Shown: positions 45,916 to 60,870 of the stretch, in pieces | How the letters are laid out: each line of letters starts with the position of its first letter | Position numbering within the stretch: position 1 is the first letter of the stretch | Source of the DNA: Chrysomallon squamiferum | Lineage: Eukaryota; Animalia; Mollusca | Direction: 5' to 3' | Assembly (NCBI GenBank): GCA_012295275.1 | Contig: CM022679.1 | Location: 9,672,001 to 9,736,000, forward strand | Length of the DNA stretch: 64,000 bases | The notes under the pieces: model-generated | What the model saw: only the letters and a program-made list of their open reading frames with translations | Databases searched by the model: none | Told to the model about the DNA's origin: nothing | Translations under genes and position numbers: made by a program

Positions 45916-46444
45916 AAATTCTGGTTTTCATATGTAATACAGATAAATTATAAGAGACTGGAAAAAGCTGGAGCTAAATCAAAATGGATAATAGAAATTA
46001 CGAATTCAGAAGGCTTTATTTGTGAACGAAATTATTAGAAAATAATTTAGTTTTAAATAATGTGGAGAGAGAGAGAGTTAAAAAAAAAAATATTCAGAAC
46101 TAACAAGATTATTGTAAACATTTTTGTTTATACGAACGATCTGAATTATATGCAGCCCATTATATATGTCTGAAATCTGATTAAAAATAAAAATAATAAT
46201 AATAATAATAATAATAATAACTAATTTTTAGCATGAACGTAAATGTAGACCGGTTTGAAATTAAACGATATTTCCAAACCCGTTAGCGTATATAGTATAA
46301 TGAGAAATGTTTTGTTTTCATCCTGTACCCAGTCTAGTGTTGTCTTTTTCACCCCCCCTCACACCTGTTTTTGCGACAGCTGCTGATAAAATAATTTTTA
46401 AAATTCTTCTTGTCTATATCACTGTTCAACTTCGCTAGTTTAGC

Positions 46445-46475
<31 letters not shown>

Positions 46476-47136
46476 TTTTAAAAAACCCACAAAAAAAACC
46501 CTACAACAACACAAAATCACACTGGTTTAGGTTTTCACAATCTAGATATGCAACTTAACACCACAATCCTATTCATGTGCGAAGATGAGCTTTTCGATGC
46601 TTGTCAATATGTATCGTTGCCTCTTCAATATCCTGCAGTTTCGGCTAAAACAGAAATTGATGAAACTAGTTATGAGTGAGTCTAACACGTGAAATGTTTT
46701 ATTCACGGGGGGTGGGATGTGTGTGGGGGGTGGGTGGGGGGTGGGGGAGGAGAGCAATCCAGAGTGTATCCGTGACGGAGCATTGAAACGAACATCCGCG
46801 AATCTGATCATTCACAATAATGTAATTTTTGTCACAGGTGTCGAAGAAAAACTTGATGATACAGCTGTGTTTTTTCTCGCCTCTTTTTTGTCGATACACA
46901 ATATTATATATCCAGGCTCTCTCTCTCTCTCTCTCATATATATACAAATACATTTACACTCACTCTTGTCTCTCATTTATTCAATTTTTATTAAATTATA
47001 TAAAGAAGAAATATATATATATATATATACACACACATATACATATATATATGCTATTTACTTAACACAATTCCACAAAATAATGAATTGATATTTCGAT
47101 TAATAATTACATCACGAGCAAACAAAAAAAAAAAAG

Positions 47137-47170
<34 letters not shown>

Positions 47171-47177
47171 TACTATA

Positions 47178-47286
47178 ATATATATATATATATATATATA
47201 CGTATGTATGTATGTATGTATGTATATATATATGTATATATATATGTACGTACGTATGTATGTACGTATATATATATGTGTATATA

Positions 47287-47322
<36 letters not shown>

Positions 47323-47366
47323 TGTATGTCTGTATGTATGTATGTATGTATGTATGTATATATATA

Positions 47367-47410
<44 letters not shown>
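47178..47410. repeat. Compound (AT)n(TATG)n(GT)n microsatellite
   Basis: Seen directly. Confidence 0.95.
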
Positions 47411-47415
<5 letters not shown>

Positions 47416-47732
47416 ACCAGTCTTCTGCTAGTCTGTATAAAGCGATCTAATTCAGTCAGTTTGTATTTGAATATACGAAAGAAAGACGAAAAGGACAACA
47501 ACAAAAAATAAATATACAAATAAATAAATAAACAGTCGCTAAGTTAGTGTGGGGTCACGTGACTCACACAGACTGACTGGAGCCGCAGCGCGTTCCGCTT
47601 CATGCCAACAACAATTGATACTTCCTTTTGTCTTCTGTAACTTAATAATTTACTCAATTTACGGACAATTAATCGCCGCCAACTAGCTCATATAGATTGA
47701 AAGTTAATTAATTAATAACCCATTGATAAAAT

Positions 47733-47786
<54 letters not shown>

Positions 47787-48289
47787 ATAGTAATAATGAT
47801 GATGATAATGCGAGGAATGATAAAATGTCTGTGTTGTTACCTGCATGCATGACCAGTAACAAAAAAAAAAATATATATATATATTAAATTATTAAATATA
47901 ATGTGTATGTCCTGTCTGTGTGTGTGCGTATGTACGCACTGGTATTTATTTACGTATGTTTTCTGTGTTGTTCCGTTTTCTTCCCTAAACTATTTTATTA
48001 ATGAAGCATTTTTAATGACTAAAAAAAAGGTTCTTGTATTATTAGAATATTTAAAAACATACAGATAGATATGACTAGTTAAAATTTTTATATATATATA
48101 TATATATATTTTGATAACAAAAATAACAATGATAATTAAATTAATGAATTGATTTGAACGTGTGACTACAACGTTAAACATTTGAAAAATAAGAATATTT
48201 GTGTTATAAATATCGTCTGCATTTCGTACTCACTCATTTTTTTCAGTACTCACAAATCATGCTGTCTTATTTTATTTCTCAAAATCCTT

Positions 48290-48323
<34 letters not shown>

Positions 48324-48489
48324 TTACTCTTTATTGAATTAGTTCTGATTACTCTTTTCATCGTCTTCATCTTTTCTTTCTTTCTTTCTTTCATTATTTT
48401 ATTTTTATTATTATTATTTTTATATTTTTTTTTTACCTCCTATTTACTCAACCTTTATGTCCTCAATGTGACCTACTTTTTGGTTCCAG

Positions 48490-49200
48490 CTAGCAAATTC
48501 AATCAGTGTTACAAAAAAAAAAAAGTAAAATAAACGGCTAACTCCAAGCGAAACGGGTAGCCCTGAATACCATGAGAATATATCCTTTTCTCCGCAGCCA
48601 CTGAACGTAACAATTACTTGTTACATTTGGAGATCTGTTTCCCCGAGTCTTCGAACCGCCGAGCTCTTTTACTCTGGTTCGGGGCCCCTAGTCAAACACA
48701 AACGTAAGGTGTGTGTCTGGGCTACAGGTGTACGATTACAACGTGGGTAATTCCTCCATTGTGATGCTCTAGTCTTTAAGTGTACAATGCGCAGTCGGAG
48801 GTTGTGACCCAGAAACCGCAGAATTATTACGAGAGGCCCAAAAGAGGTTCCCTCCTTCGCTTGAGCTATTTTTAATCTGTGCTGCGATTGGCTGGTTTGA
48901 GAATAACTAGCACGGCGAGTCGAGAAGTATCTTTAATCGTCTTTCAGATGATTTTGATAGACTGTAAGGTCTGCTTCAGACAGTGATTTCATTATTTCGT
49001 CAGCTCCAAGCTCCTTCAAATTCTGTGATCTCTGCTGTTTCAAAAGCTGGTGTACGTCATGTTAAAAACCCAGCACTAATTGAAAACAGGTTATTAATAA
49101 GTAACTTCAGGCCCACACAAGAGTCTTCTTTTCAGCGAGGAGGAAAAAAAAAAAAAAAAAAAAAAAAATGCACGAATTTCTGACACTGTTAAAGGGAAGC
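48490..49200. promoter_or_regulatory. Repeat-poor GC-raised island with NF-Y-type CCAAT box; candidate promoter or enhancer
   Basis: GCGATTGGCTG (ATTGG at 48887-48891), many CpGs, no credible ORF. Confidence 0.4.
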
Positions 49201-49494
49201 AACCCACTTGCGAATGATATGCTTTACATAAAGTGAATTATAGCGAAGAAGATATTTATCATTGCGAAAGTTTTTCTTTTAATTAGATATGCGTGCTTTT
49301 TAAAAAAAAAACATTTCACTCACATTATGGTCTCTTATTATGGTTTAATATTACTGCACAACAATGATGATAATTAGTTTCCTTGGAAAGAAACTTTGGA
49401 CCCTACAGCACTGAAACAGATCGGTGATTTTAACAGAAAGACATTTGCGTAAATGCTGTATTATGTTCATTGTCATTTGCATCGTAATTTTTAA

Positions 49495-49525
<31 letters not shown>

Positions 49526-49767
49526 TTGTTCTGGAAATTAAATGACAAGGAAATGGCAGATACACGATATAAAATGTGAAGTGAGCTAAAAAAAAAAAAA
49601 TGAAATAATATTGAAAAGTTATAATGTAACATTTGAACGTAAATAATGGGTTAACATATGGCTTTATAGTTTATTGTAAATTACAGTAATCAATATTTTA
49701 TACATTCTGTGATTATGGACACAAAGTGTAATATGTGCATTAAAACAGCTATGCATAATATAAACTG

Positions 49768-49809
<42 letters not shown>

Positions 49810-50099
49810 TACTACTATTATTTATTTATTTGTTTATTTATTTATTTATTTATATGTTAGTTGTTATTATTTATAACTTTTAAAATTTATTTTTATTATG
49901 ACACAAAAGAAATCCATTGAATATGAGCCAGGATAAATGAATTTAAATAGCATTTATAAACTATTACCTGCAAATGTCGAATGTTAATGTAAAAATGTAT
50001 TAAATTAGATTGCATTTGTTTTGTACATGGTGATGTTATACACTGTCTGATCTGATTGTTAATAAAGAATGATTATAATTTAACCTCACGTAATATTGT

Positions 50100-50156
<57 letters not shown>

Positions 50157-50317
50157 TAATAATAATAATAATATAAGGATTTTAGAAACAAAGAAGTTTA
50201 TTTAAAGTATCCAAAGAAAAGTTTTATAATACTCACGCTATCACCGATATGTAGGTACAAATACGTCACTTTAAGAGCAAAAAACTTATAAAGACATAAG
50301 TATTTGAGATGCCTATT

Positions 50318-50357
<40 letters not shown>

Positions 50358-51010
50358 TCATTTAAATCTGATTATAAATTCATTACACATTAAATAACAG
50401 TATTATTTTCATCTAATGCAGCATTCGTTAATTTTTCATACAAAACGTGGAGGGGTTACTGAATAGCGGGTTAGTCGAGAATTTTATTTTATTTAATGTT
50501 TTATTTACTCCGTTTGTAAACTCAACTGTCAAAAATTTAATATAAAATTGAACGGTAACATAACATAACATAATATATAATACAGTACGATGGAATACAG
50601 TATTGTAAGTATATTTTAGTATAATAAAGTTTAGTACAGTTTAGTATTTGTATTGCATAATACAGCAGTACAGTACAATATATTTAAAATAAAATAAAAT
50701 AAAATTTAAATATTGATAAAATTTGACAGTGCCTATAACAATGTTTTTGTTCGGTAATTCAAGAAGTTCTAATGCATTTCTAAATGTTTAACTTTACGAA
50801 GGTACAATGGTATAGTGTGCATTAGCACAATCATAGTCAAAACAGTATGCATCACTTCTAGCAAACAAACAGCTTAATAATGCATATTCTTGAATATATC
50901 GATCTGAATAAATTAACAACTGTGTGATAGTGCCACAGCTGGACAAAGACTGAAAAACGAGTCGGTTTGAGACCACTCGAACCCGTGGTCAAATAAATAG
51001 CCTTTAGAAT

Positions 51011-51051
<41 letters not shown>

Positions 51052-51256
51052 CATACAGCGTACATAAATTAATGTGAAGTTTTGCATTAGATGCTCCGGT
51101 GAAAAAGGTTCACAATGACAACTTATTGTCAATAAATCTATAACACTGCCGCACTAATGGGTCAGTACCAATTTTCTTAAGTATAGCATTGTTCTGGGTT
51201 CTAATTTCTTTTTTTTTTTTTTTTTTTTTTTTTTTCTTTTATTTTTTTCTAAATAA

Positions 51257-51305
51257 AATTTGCGTGACAAGTAAATTTGCGTGACAAGTAAATTTGCTGA
51301 CAGTA
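51257..51305. repeat. 17-bp tandem repeat aaatttgcgtgacaagt x3 (third copy degenerate)
   Basis: Seen directly. Confidence 0.85.
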
Positions 51306-51766
51306 TGCTTAGCCTACAAGAGTAGGCGACATTATGAATAGGCTTATGCATGCTAAACTGTGGAGTTTTGATTTTTTTTTTGTCGCTCGTTCAGCTGGGG
51401 ACATTTTATCTTCAATTACTCGAATCGACCTGGGAGCGCCCTTCGGTGGAGGAACGTACAAGAGAATAGAAGCTAAAACGCCATTTGTCAAACATGTCGG
51501 CGGACATCAAGATACGCGATAAATATTCACCGTTCATAAATCTGAGACTGGAAAAAAATGCAAATATCAAACGAAACAAAGTTAGCAGTAAAGTTAAATA
51601 GACGTATTGTAGAAAACATATCTAAATAAGTAAGCGCATAAGTAAGTAAGTAAGTAAATAAGTAAATCATAAATCATTCAAAGGATGCGCTTTAATAGAA
51701 AAAATATGCAGGTTTATTTCTTTATTTATTTTTATTTCTTTATTTTTTTTATTTCTTTATTTCTTA

Positions 51767-51831
<65 letters not shown>

Positions 51832-52689
51832 TTTATTTAAAATTATTTTTTTTTAAGCAAAATTCACAAAATTAATAATAAAAGATATAAAAAAAACTAA
51901 AAAAAAAAACTAAAAAAAAAAAACTATTGAAGGGCGTTGGCGTATTTTAGGAAAATGTAAATTATAATTTAGGAAAAAGAAAAGAGAACGAAAAAAGAAA
52001 AGAATACACATAAAACGATCAAGGAACCAACGAATCAACGCACGAACAAACACAAAAACGACTAAACAACCAATAAATATATAAATAAATAAAACTAAAA
52101 AAACAACAACAAAACAAAATAAAACAAAACAAAACAAACTAAAATTTATTTCTTTATTACGTTTGTAAATTAGCCTACAACAACATAAAAAGTACGTAAG
52201 CTCGAAATGGTCAGGCAACAAACGCCAGAGATCAGATATGTCTGACGACAAATATTAACTTAAAACTTCAACCAATCCACGGCTTGTGTCGAACCAACAG
52301 TTCAGTTCTAATTTAAATATCACATGGTTTTTGTTTCGTTATTACTGTTCAATGTCCGTTAGACGCAATTTCGCGTTTGTGTTGACTAAGGGAAATAATT
52401 CAAATTAGTTTTAAACAACAATAACGCTAGAGTAACGTACCCTTTTACAATATTTACTGAACGACCCATAACAACGTTTGTTGTGTGTATAAGAATGTAC
52501 GTTTTGCAGATATTACGGAGTAATTTTATCCCCGGGAATAATAGGGAAGGAATTTCAGTCTAAGAAAGATTGCAAACTAGAACATTCTGTACGTTGTGCA
52601 CTATATAATTATATCAAATTAAAATACCAATAAGTAAGAGCGTTCGAGAATTAACTGTTCACACTAAATAAATAAATAAATAAATAATA

Positions 52690-52753
<64 letters not shown>

Positions 52754-52785
52754 AATAATAAAGAATCAAGAACGGTTTCCTTGCT

Positions 52786-52835
<50 letters not shown>

Positions 52836-53103
52836 GTCCATTATTGTGGTAGAAAAAAAAAAAAAAAAAAAAAATCTATGTCCCCTTTCTAAAAATACTT
52901 CCTATTGATAAAACTATCATTAAATTTCCATTGCTCACAGAGTAAAGATATTTACCAGTCTCAGTTTCTACGTCATTTCACTGTTTGATCAGGCAGATAG
53001 TATTAGCTTTATTTCAAATGCAATAAATCAATAAGACTTTTATTGAGATACTAGAGCCAGACAGAATGAAAAATGTGGGACAAAATTTAAATGTTCACGA
53101 TTT

Positions 53104-53165
<62 letters not shown>

Positions 53166-53644
53166 CTTTTTCTTTTCTAGTCGTATTTCTTTTGTATTTT
53201 TTTTTCTCACTTTTTTTTATTTTTTTTTTTTTTCAGTTCTGTTTTTTCTTTGACCTTTTTTTGTTATTACTATTATTATTTTCTTTTACATTAGGGTCGA
53301 CTGTTTTATATATAAAGAATATTCTAATGGAAGCATTTTTAGCAAGAACGTTTAAATATTTTTCGAATGTTTATTAATAATTTTTAATTTTTTAATTTAT
53401 TAATTAATTAATTTTCTTATTTATTTATTCATTTGCTAATTTATTTATTTATTTATTTTATTTTTTTATTTATTAACCTCTGTTAAATAACTTATTTATT
53501 TACTTTCAGCCAATTTCTTCCTCTAGTTTCAGTTCCACAAAAGATGAAGAAAAAAAAAATAACGTTTATTTCTATGTTCGACAAACAATATTTATTTTGT
53601 CAAAGAGAAATATATATACAAGTAACACTTACCTCTACACTACT

Positions 53645-53785
53645 TGTACTACATACCTGTCGCATATCAATATCATATACGCCGATACTGCTTATATATA
53701 CTACACACCTGAGGTATATCATTATTATATATCCCGATATTGCTAATACTACATACCTGCAGCATATTAATAAATGTCCCGGCAG
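53645..53785. repeat. Degenerate tandem repeat, about 50-bp unit x3 (tactacatacctg...atatc...ccgata.tgct)
   Basis: tactaca(t/c)acctg at about 53647, 53699 and 53747. Confidence 0.7.
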
Positions 53786-53890
53786 CCGTCTTTGTTGGTG
53801 TATTTGTCAACCTTAGAAACATTTAACACCGTTTGACTTGTATAATCTGTTAGTGCGTTCTCTACAGACATAATGGTTGTAGTTACTCAC

Positions 53891-53933
53891 CTTGTGGAGT
53901 TCTTTGTGACCGGGAGATACGTTTGTTGATGTG
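53891..53933 (-). other. Candidate 43-nt internal exon (UTR or coding), possibly of the minus-strand gene
   Basis: Branch-like ACTAAC, then ttctctgaatcatcAG acceptor, and a consensus donor AAG|GTGAGT. Open in all three frames. Confidence 0.5.
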
Positions 53934-54059
53934 CTGATGATTCAGAGAAGTTAGTTGGAAACGAATGTTGTTGTTTTTTTTTCTTTATTTTTTTTTTATT
54001 ATTTTGTTTAAAGGTAAGTGATGTATTACGTAATGTAAAAATCATTTATGTTTCTCTGT

Positions 54060-54170
<111 letters not shown>

Positions 54171-55064
54171 TCACTGCTGTGTCTTATTGAATGTTTTTAC
54201 CGTAACAAGCGAGCTGGTAGTTTTGTAGAGGGTTCTGGTTTACTTGTATACATTACAGACGTGCTAAAAGCTGATTTAACACGCGGGTTAAATCAAGGTG
54301 TGCTTTCTTGTTAACAAGAACGTATGCGTACAGTATTAAATTCTTCGAGTCGTAAAGAATAAACAAGTTTTTATTTTTTATTTTTTTATTTACATTGTTT
54401 TTGAGACATTTAATTAAAAGTAGTGGATTCGTGTGTTTAATGTGTATGTTTTATTTTATTATTCATATTTAAAGTTATTGTTTTATGTATTTTTACGATT
54501 TTATATTCAGTGTATGATATAAATATTACAACTTATAAAAAGAAAAATATATAAATTATATACATAGATAAATTATGTGACTCAGAATATATAAAAATAG
54601 ACTAATATTAAATTACGAAATACATTAAACTTACTCTTTGCTAACTGAAATGTATTTATTTATTGCCTATAATCAGCTGCAAAAATGTATCAACCACATG
54701 TAATATTCTTGAAAGCTGTTAAAAATTAAAATTTATTTCATTTCTATTTTATTATAGATAGTTTATACAGAAAGAATGATAAACGATATGATCGTCTCTA
54801 ACGAAAGATGGATTTAAAAACACCAGTAAAACAACAACAAACAAACAAACAAATAAATAAAATAAATAAATAAATATATCTTTATTAAAATTCAGAAATT
54901 ATATATTAATAAAAACTATGGTTCACCCGCAAATATGATACAATTTCTCACGTTTTTATTAACCATCTTATCACATTTATTTATTTAATTACTCACTCAC
55001 TTATTTATTTATTTATTTATTTATTTATGTATTTACTTACTTACTTACTTACTTACTTATTTAC

Positions 55065-55095
<31 letters not shown>

Positions 55096-55594
55096 TTCAT
55101 TTATTCATTTATTCATTTATTCATCATTATTATTTTTTCGGCTACTGAACTTATTATTCATAGTCTCCAATAATCTTTAAAACTATCTTTGTACTCTGTT
55201 GTCATTGCTTAGTTTACAACCTTTTAATACATTTTCAAATATTTAAACTTCATTCACAGAACATGAGAAAATAATTGGACAGACTGTTTCGTGAAAACGG
55301 GGACGAACTGTACTGCTCTAACGATCGTTTGGTCAGATTATCATGGTTAAAAGTAACTAGCAGTTTGTCTTGAAAAAAAAAAAGAAAAAAAGATTAGATT
55401 ATTATAAGAAGCACTAGAGATTAACGTTGAACTCAGATTAAATGCTGCTACAACCGGATTTATGTATAAGCTGAATAAGCTTATGTTTTCACTGTTAGAA
55501 AGGGTCTCGGTGAAGTTCAGTTCAATTTACACGCACACACACACACACATACGCGCGCGTGCAAGTAGGCACATACACAGACACACACCACGCA

Positions 55595-55639
<45 letters not shown>

Positions 55640-57811
55640 ACACACACTAACATATACACCCGTATTGAACTATGTGAGAAACTGCCAGTTTTAAAGTGTG
55701 AGAACATAAACTGAAGTAACAGTTCACAAATGACAATAAAATAAAGCTAAATTTAAACGTATTTGTCACGCTACTCATTGCAACAATCAGTTTTATGATC
55801 ACTGTTAGTGTTATGTAAATAAAAGAGACATAAAAAAAAAAAAAAAAAAAACCAACAACAGCAAAAAACCCAATAACGACATTTTGTGTTTAATACAGCG
55901 GTTCTGTTTTTCTTCTGTGTGAATTTATTTCATAAAAGCCGTTTAAATATTTTTTTTTAATCCTATATATATATATATATATATATATCATTGTTCATTT
56001 ATTTATTTATTTATTTATTTATTTATTGTGTGTATGTCTGTCTGTTTGTTTACTTATTTGTTATTTGTTTATTTATTTATTATTATAGTATTGCTTGTCT
56101 GGGTTTTTATTTTTTTATTTATGTTTTTTCTGAATTATTATTATTAGTATTATTAACATCATCATCATCAATAATCATTTAAGCGAATTTGAAACTTGTA
56201 AAATAATAACAAAACATACATATTTACGTTATTAATCAATTTTATTGTTATGCTGGACACGTTAGAATTTAATAATAAACATACTGATCAACATGCCTTC
56301 TTTCAGAAAAAAACAAGTTAAAAAAAAAAAGAGGCGTAGAAACATATAAACAAACAAAGAAACAAAATCTCTTTGCAATAAATTTAAATTTTTATTTTTT
56401 CAGAGTGTTACGCAATTCTTAATTTATAAACTTGATTTTCGCTATTCTAAGTATTATTTATTTTTAACAGGGTATCGGTTTTCTCTATTGCATATTCTAA
56501 ATACGAATTTAATTTTATATTTATGGGGGTTTTTTCTCTTCTTTTTTTTTTTTCTTTTTTCTTTCACTTTTTCTATTCAAGACATAATTAATTTTTTTAT
56601 TATTATTATTTTGTTTGTAAGTTCATTTTAACATATAATTACAATACATATAATTACATAAATAAAAGAAAAACAAGAACAACATTTGCATAGATCGAGT
56701 TTAGGTTTCTGCTGTGAAGGAACACACAATCTCACAATGCGTTTCTTTTCTCTAAACTAACTGTTCAGCCAGAGTTTTCACAATGGAAATATCTGCAGTT
56801 TAAGACGATTTATGGATTTTATTTAGAGTTTAAGATAGTTTCTTTAATTGATAATAATATTTGGATTTTAAGCTTTTTTGTAAAGAAAAAGAAAAAAACA
56901 AAAAAACACTACAAAAAAACCAACAAAAAAACCCAAATTAATAAATAAAACAACAAACCAAAAAACAATAAAAAACAATCCCCAAAACAACCCCCAAAAC
57001 CCACCAAACAAACAACTTACACACAAAAAGACCAAAAAAAAAATATACCCCAACCAAAACAAAACAAAACAAAATGAAACTCTGTAATTACTCGTCTAGC
57101 ACATTAGCAGTATGGTATCTGTTACATTTATCCGTTTTCCGTAGAATCTGATATACTGAAATCCTTCGCTAAACACTGAGATTTCCGCACCGATTTCCGC
57201 AGCAGATTTCAGCCTATCCGCTCAGTTCTTTCCGACACCAGTTTTTGAACGGAAGCGGATATTGAGAGCGCAGTAAGAAAAGCAGTGTTTGATATTTGTA
57301 CTCGATTTATTTCCTGGTGTTTGAAACACTGATACACTTCATGTTACTTCTGATCGTAGCCTTTTGATGTGTGTCACACTTACTGATATTTAGTAATTTT
57401 CATACTTAAATATATATATTTAATTTATAAGAAAAGGGTATCGTAGCATTGGGATTATTTATTTATTTATTTGTTTGTTTATTTGTTTGTTTATTTATTT
57501 GTTTGTTTGTATTTGTTTAAAGTTTATTTTGTATTTGGTGATGATTTTTTTTTCTCCAAGCATTTCTTTATCACCTATTTATTTCCTAAAATGTGTGATA
57601 TTCATTGTTACGTGTGTTTGATACTTTAGCAAAACACCAACAACAACAAAAATAAAGCAAAAGAAAACAAACAAACACACACACACATACACACACACAT
57701 ACTCAAATCAATGTTCATAAACACAAATACCCAGATTTCAAATGTTTGATACCTCACAAATCAAACTAATTAAGTAAAGAATCTCAAAAAAAAAAAATAA
57801 TAATAATAATA

Positions 57812-57845
<34 letters not shown>

Positions 57846-58303
57846 ATAATAATAAAAAAAAAAAATGAAGAAGAAAATGAAAAAAAAAAACCGGTTCTGT
57901 AACCCTTTTTTTTATTTTTTATTTTTTTATCTCTAACGACTCCAGTTTACTTCAAATTACAGATTTAGCAGCAGTTTATTTTTTTATCACCAACAATAGA
58001 TTGAAAAATCAATTGATTGCTATAAATCTCGCAGGTAAAAATGATTGATAGCTTAATAACCTCCTTAACGACTTGAGAATTCCCCAGTGCGGTTAGCGAA
58101 CTACCTAAGCGACCAGACGTTTCAGGGGTCGTCTCAAAGGTTTTTCATACACTTTTTTTTTTTTTATATATATATATATGTTTTTTGTTTGATTTTTTTT
58201 TTCCTTCAGAAACTATGCTAGCATTTTAATCAATACCCATTTATTTATTTTTTATTTATTATTATTATTATTATTGCTATTGTTATTATTATTGTTATTG
58301 TTA

Positions 58304-58345
<42 letters not shown>

Positions 58346-58421
58346 TTATTATTATTATTTATTAATTTATTTATTTATTTGACGACATATATACAAATAA
58401 ACATATTTACGTAGATAAAAA

Positions 58422-58452
<31 letters not shown>

Positions 58453-59017
58453 TATATATAACATCAATACAGATTATGTTTCTAAACTAAACTACACACA
58501 CAGAAACACACAAATAATAAAAATAGAAAATTTTGTATTTTATAAAAAATTACAGAAAATATATATATATAAAAAAAAAATAAAATTTATTCAAAAGAAG
58601 GAGAAAAAATTTATTCATTTATAATTTTTTTCATTTTTATGAGTCAATGTTTAGTAATAGGCTACTAAAGTAACATAAGGAAAGTGATTCATGTGAAAAT
58701 TTTCAAATTACCAGCTGAACGTTTTAGGAGAAAATAGTTTTCAGTGAAAGGTTACAGAAAAAAACAACTTATTCACATACTATCTAGCGAGTTCGGGTTT
58801 TTCGTACAAAAATATTGGATTTTAATTATTGATCTATTGAATGTAAAAAGACTCTGTTTTCATTATATTTATAATTATATATCTGGTTCAAGTCATAATA
58901 AATAACACAAAGTGAAAATTAATAAGGAAAAAAAACAAGAAAATAACAAAAATGTGTATAGCTCTTTCTCTCTGTCTGTCTGTGTCTATCAATCTATCGT
59001 AACTCTGTCTCTCGCTG

Positions 59018-59073
<56 letters not shown>

Positions 59074-59075
59074 AA

Positions 59076-59108
<33 letters not shown>

Positions 59109-59600
59109 ATGTATGTATAGTATGTATGTATGTATGTATGTATGTTTGTATGTATGTATGTATGTATGTATGTATGTATGTATGTATGTATATATGTATG
59201 TATGTTTCTATGTATGTATGTATGTATGTTTGTATGTATGTATGTATGTATGTGTATGTATGTATGTATGTTTGTATGTATGTATGTATGTATGTATGAA
59301 TGTATGTATGTTTGTATTATGTATGTATGTATGTTTGTATGTATGTATATATGTATGTATGTATATTTGTATGTATGTATATATGTATGTATGTTTCTAT
59401 GTATGTATATGTGTGTGTGTATGTATGTATGTTTTGTTTGTATGTTTGTATGTTGTACGTATGTATGTATGTTTGTATGTATGTATGTACGTATGTTTGT
59501 ATGTATGTATGTTTGTATGTTTGTATGTATGCATGTGTATTTATTTTTAAATGTGCACGCATAGACGTATGTTTGTTTGTATGTTTATGTATCTGAATGA
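59018..59600. repeat. Graded tetranucleotide array (TATC)n-(TGTC)n-(TATG)n
   Basis: Seen directly; accounts for the longest ORF in the track (212 aa). Confidence 0.97.
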
Positions 59601-60380
59601 ATGTATAATGGAATAATCATGTTTTCATTTGAAAAAACCTCTCATTTACATTATATTTATTATACACTGGTGTGCATTTTTACAAGCAAAACATTATTAA
59701 TAAGCCCTATTAATTTTCCAGTTGTAGCATATAAAAAAACTTAAATGACATATTTTATAGTTCTTTTTTAAATCACAGTATTGACTGCATGAAATAATAC
59801 TTGCTTTAGTACATGAAACGTATATGAATAAGATTTAGTAATTATAAATGTTTAAAAAAAAATCCATTATTTGTTGCTCGAACTCGGAAAAATGACAGCA
59901 TCTAAATTAATGCATTCCTTAACGATACTTTACTCTCGATTTTTTAACTAGCTTTTTCTTTGTTATTATTCTTTTTGTTGTTGGTTAAATAACAGTTATA
60001 AAAAAAAACAGAGACACAAAGCTTTGACACAAACCCTTATCCTTATCCTAGATTCACTTTTTATCGTCAGAAGGTCTTTTTTCTACACTTAGAGGCATAT
60101 TAAACACTTTTTTCTCTGACAATAAGGCCAGTAGCCTTCTTACACTACAATGACTGTCAGTCATTGCAGCATATTCTCCTAAATATAACTCATTATACTG
60201 AGGTACGTACAGAATATATATATTTAATATACATTTTTATATATATATATATGTATGTATTTACGTACGTATCTATGAATGTATGTATGTGTGTATGTAT
60301 GTATGCATGTATGAATGTATATATGTACATTTGAATGTATTTAGGAATGAATATTCTCTGACTTATGTATGTCTGAATAG

Positions 60381-60533
60381 ACTCTGCACATAGACAATAT
60401 TCGGGAACGCACTGGCGCAGGAGGACAAAGTCCAATCACGACCTCACAAACCGCTTCAGATACCGTTGACGAGACTCGAACCCATTGGCCCGCACTCTGA
60501 AGGCGGACCTTGATATCAGCTTTATGTTTGTCT
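60381..60533 (+). other. Candidate upstream exon of the plus-strand gene; boundaries and frame uncertain
   Basis: GC-raised non-repetitive island between TATG microsatellites. AG acceptors end at 60380 and 60393, and a donor T|GTATGT starts at 60534. Each frame hits a TGA before that donor. Confidence 0.4.
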
Positions 60534-60541
60534 GTATGTTT

Positions 60542-60625
<84 letters not shown>

Positions 60626-60870
60626 CGTATGTTTGTATCTATATATGTATTATGTATTATATGTGTATGTAGATATATAAATGTGTATATATGTATGTAT
60701 ATGTATATATATGATTATATGTATATGTAAGTATGTATGAATATCTATATATGTGCATGCATGTATGAATTCTCATAGTGATTATCAGAAAAAAAAAAAA
60801 AATATTTTTTCCTTAACACTTTTGTTGTCACTCTATTGTCAGATGACATGCAGATGACACAACGACATCA

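Noticed and set aside
58030-58140. Possible further upstream exon of the plus-strand gene
   Set aside because: Stops in all frames and ambiguous splice sites; it could be UTR but is unsupported.
58912-59596. Longest ORFs (212 aa and 144 aa) and all similar YVCM, HTHT, poly-F and poly-K ORFs across the window
   Set aside because: These are translations of stop-free microsatellites.
60465-60520. Minus-strand B-box-like GGGTTCGAGTCTC with a CTTCAGA loop (tRNA or SINE?); similar motif near 50975
   Set aside because: No acceptor stem, D-arm or A-box could be built.
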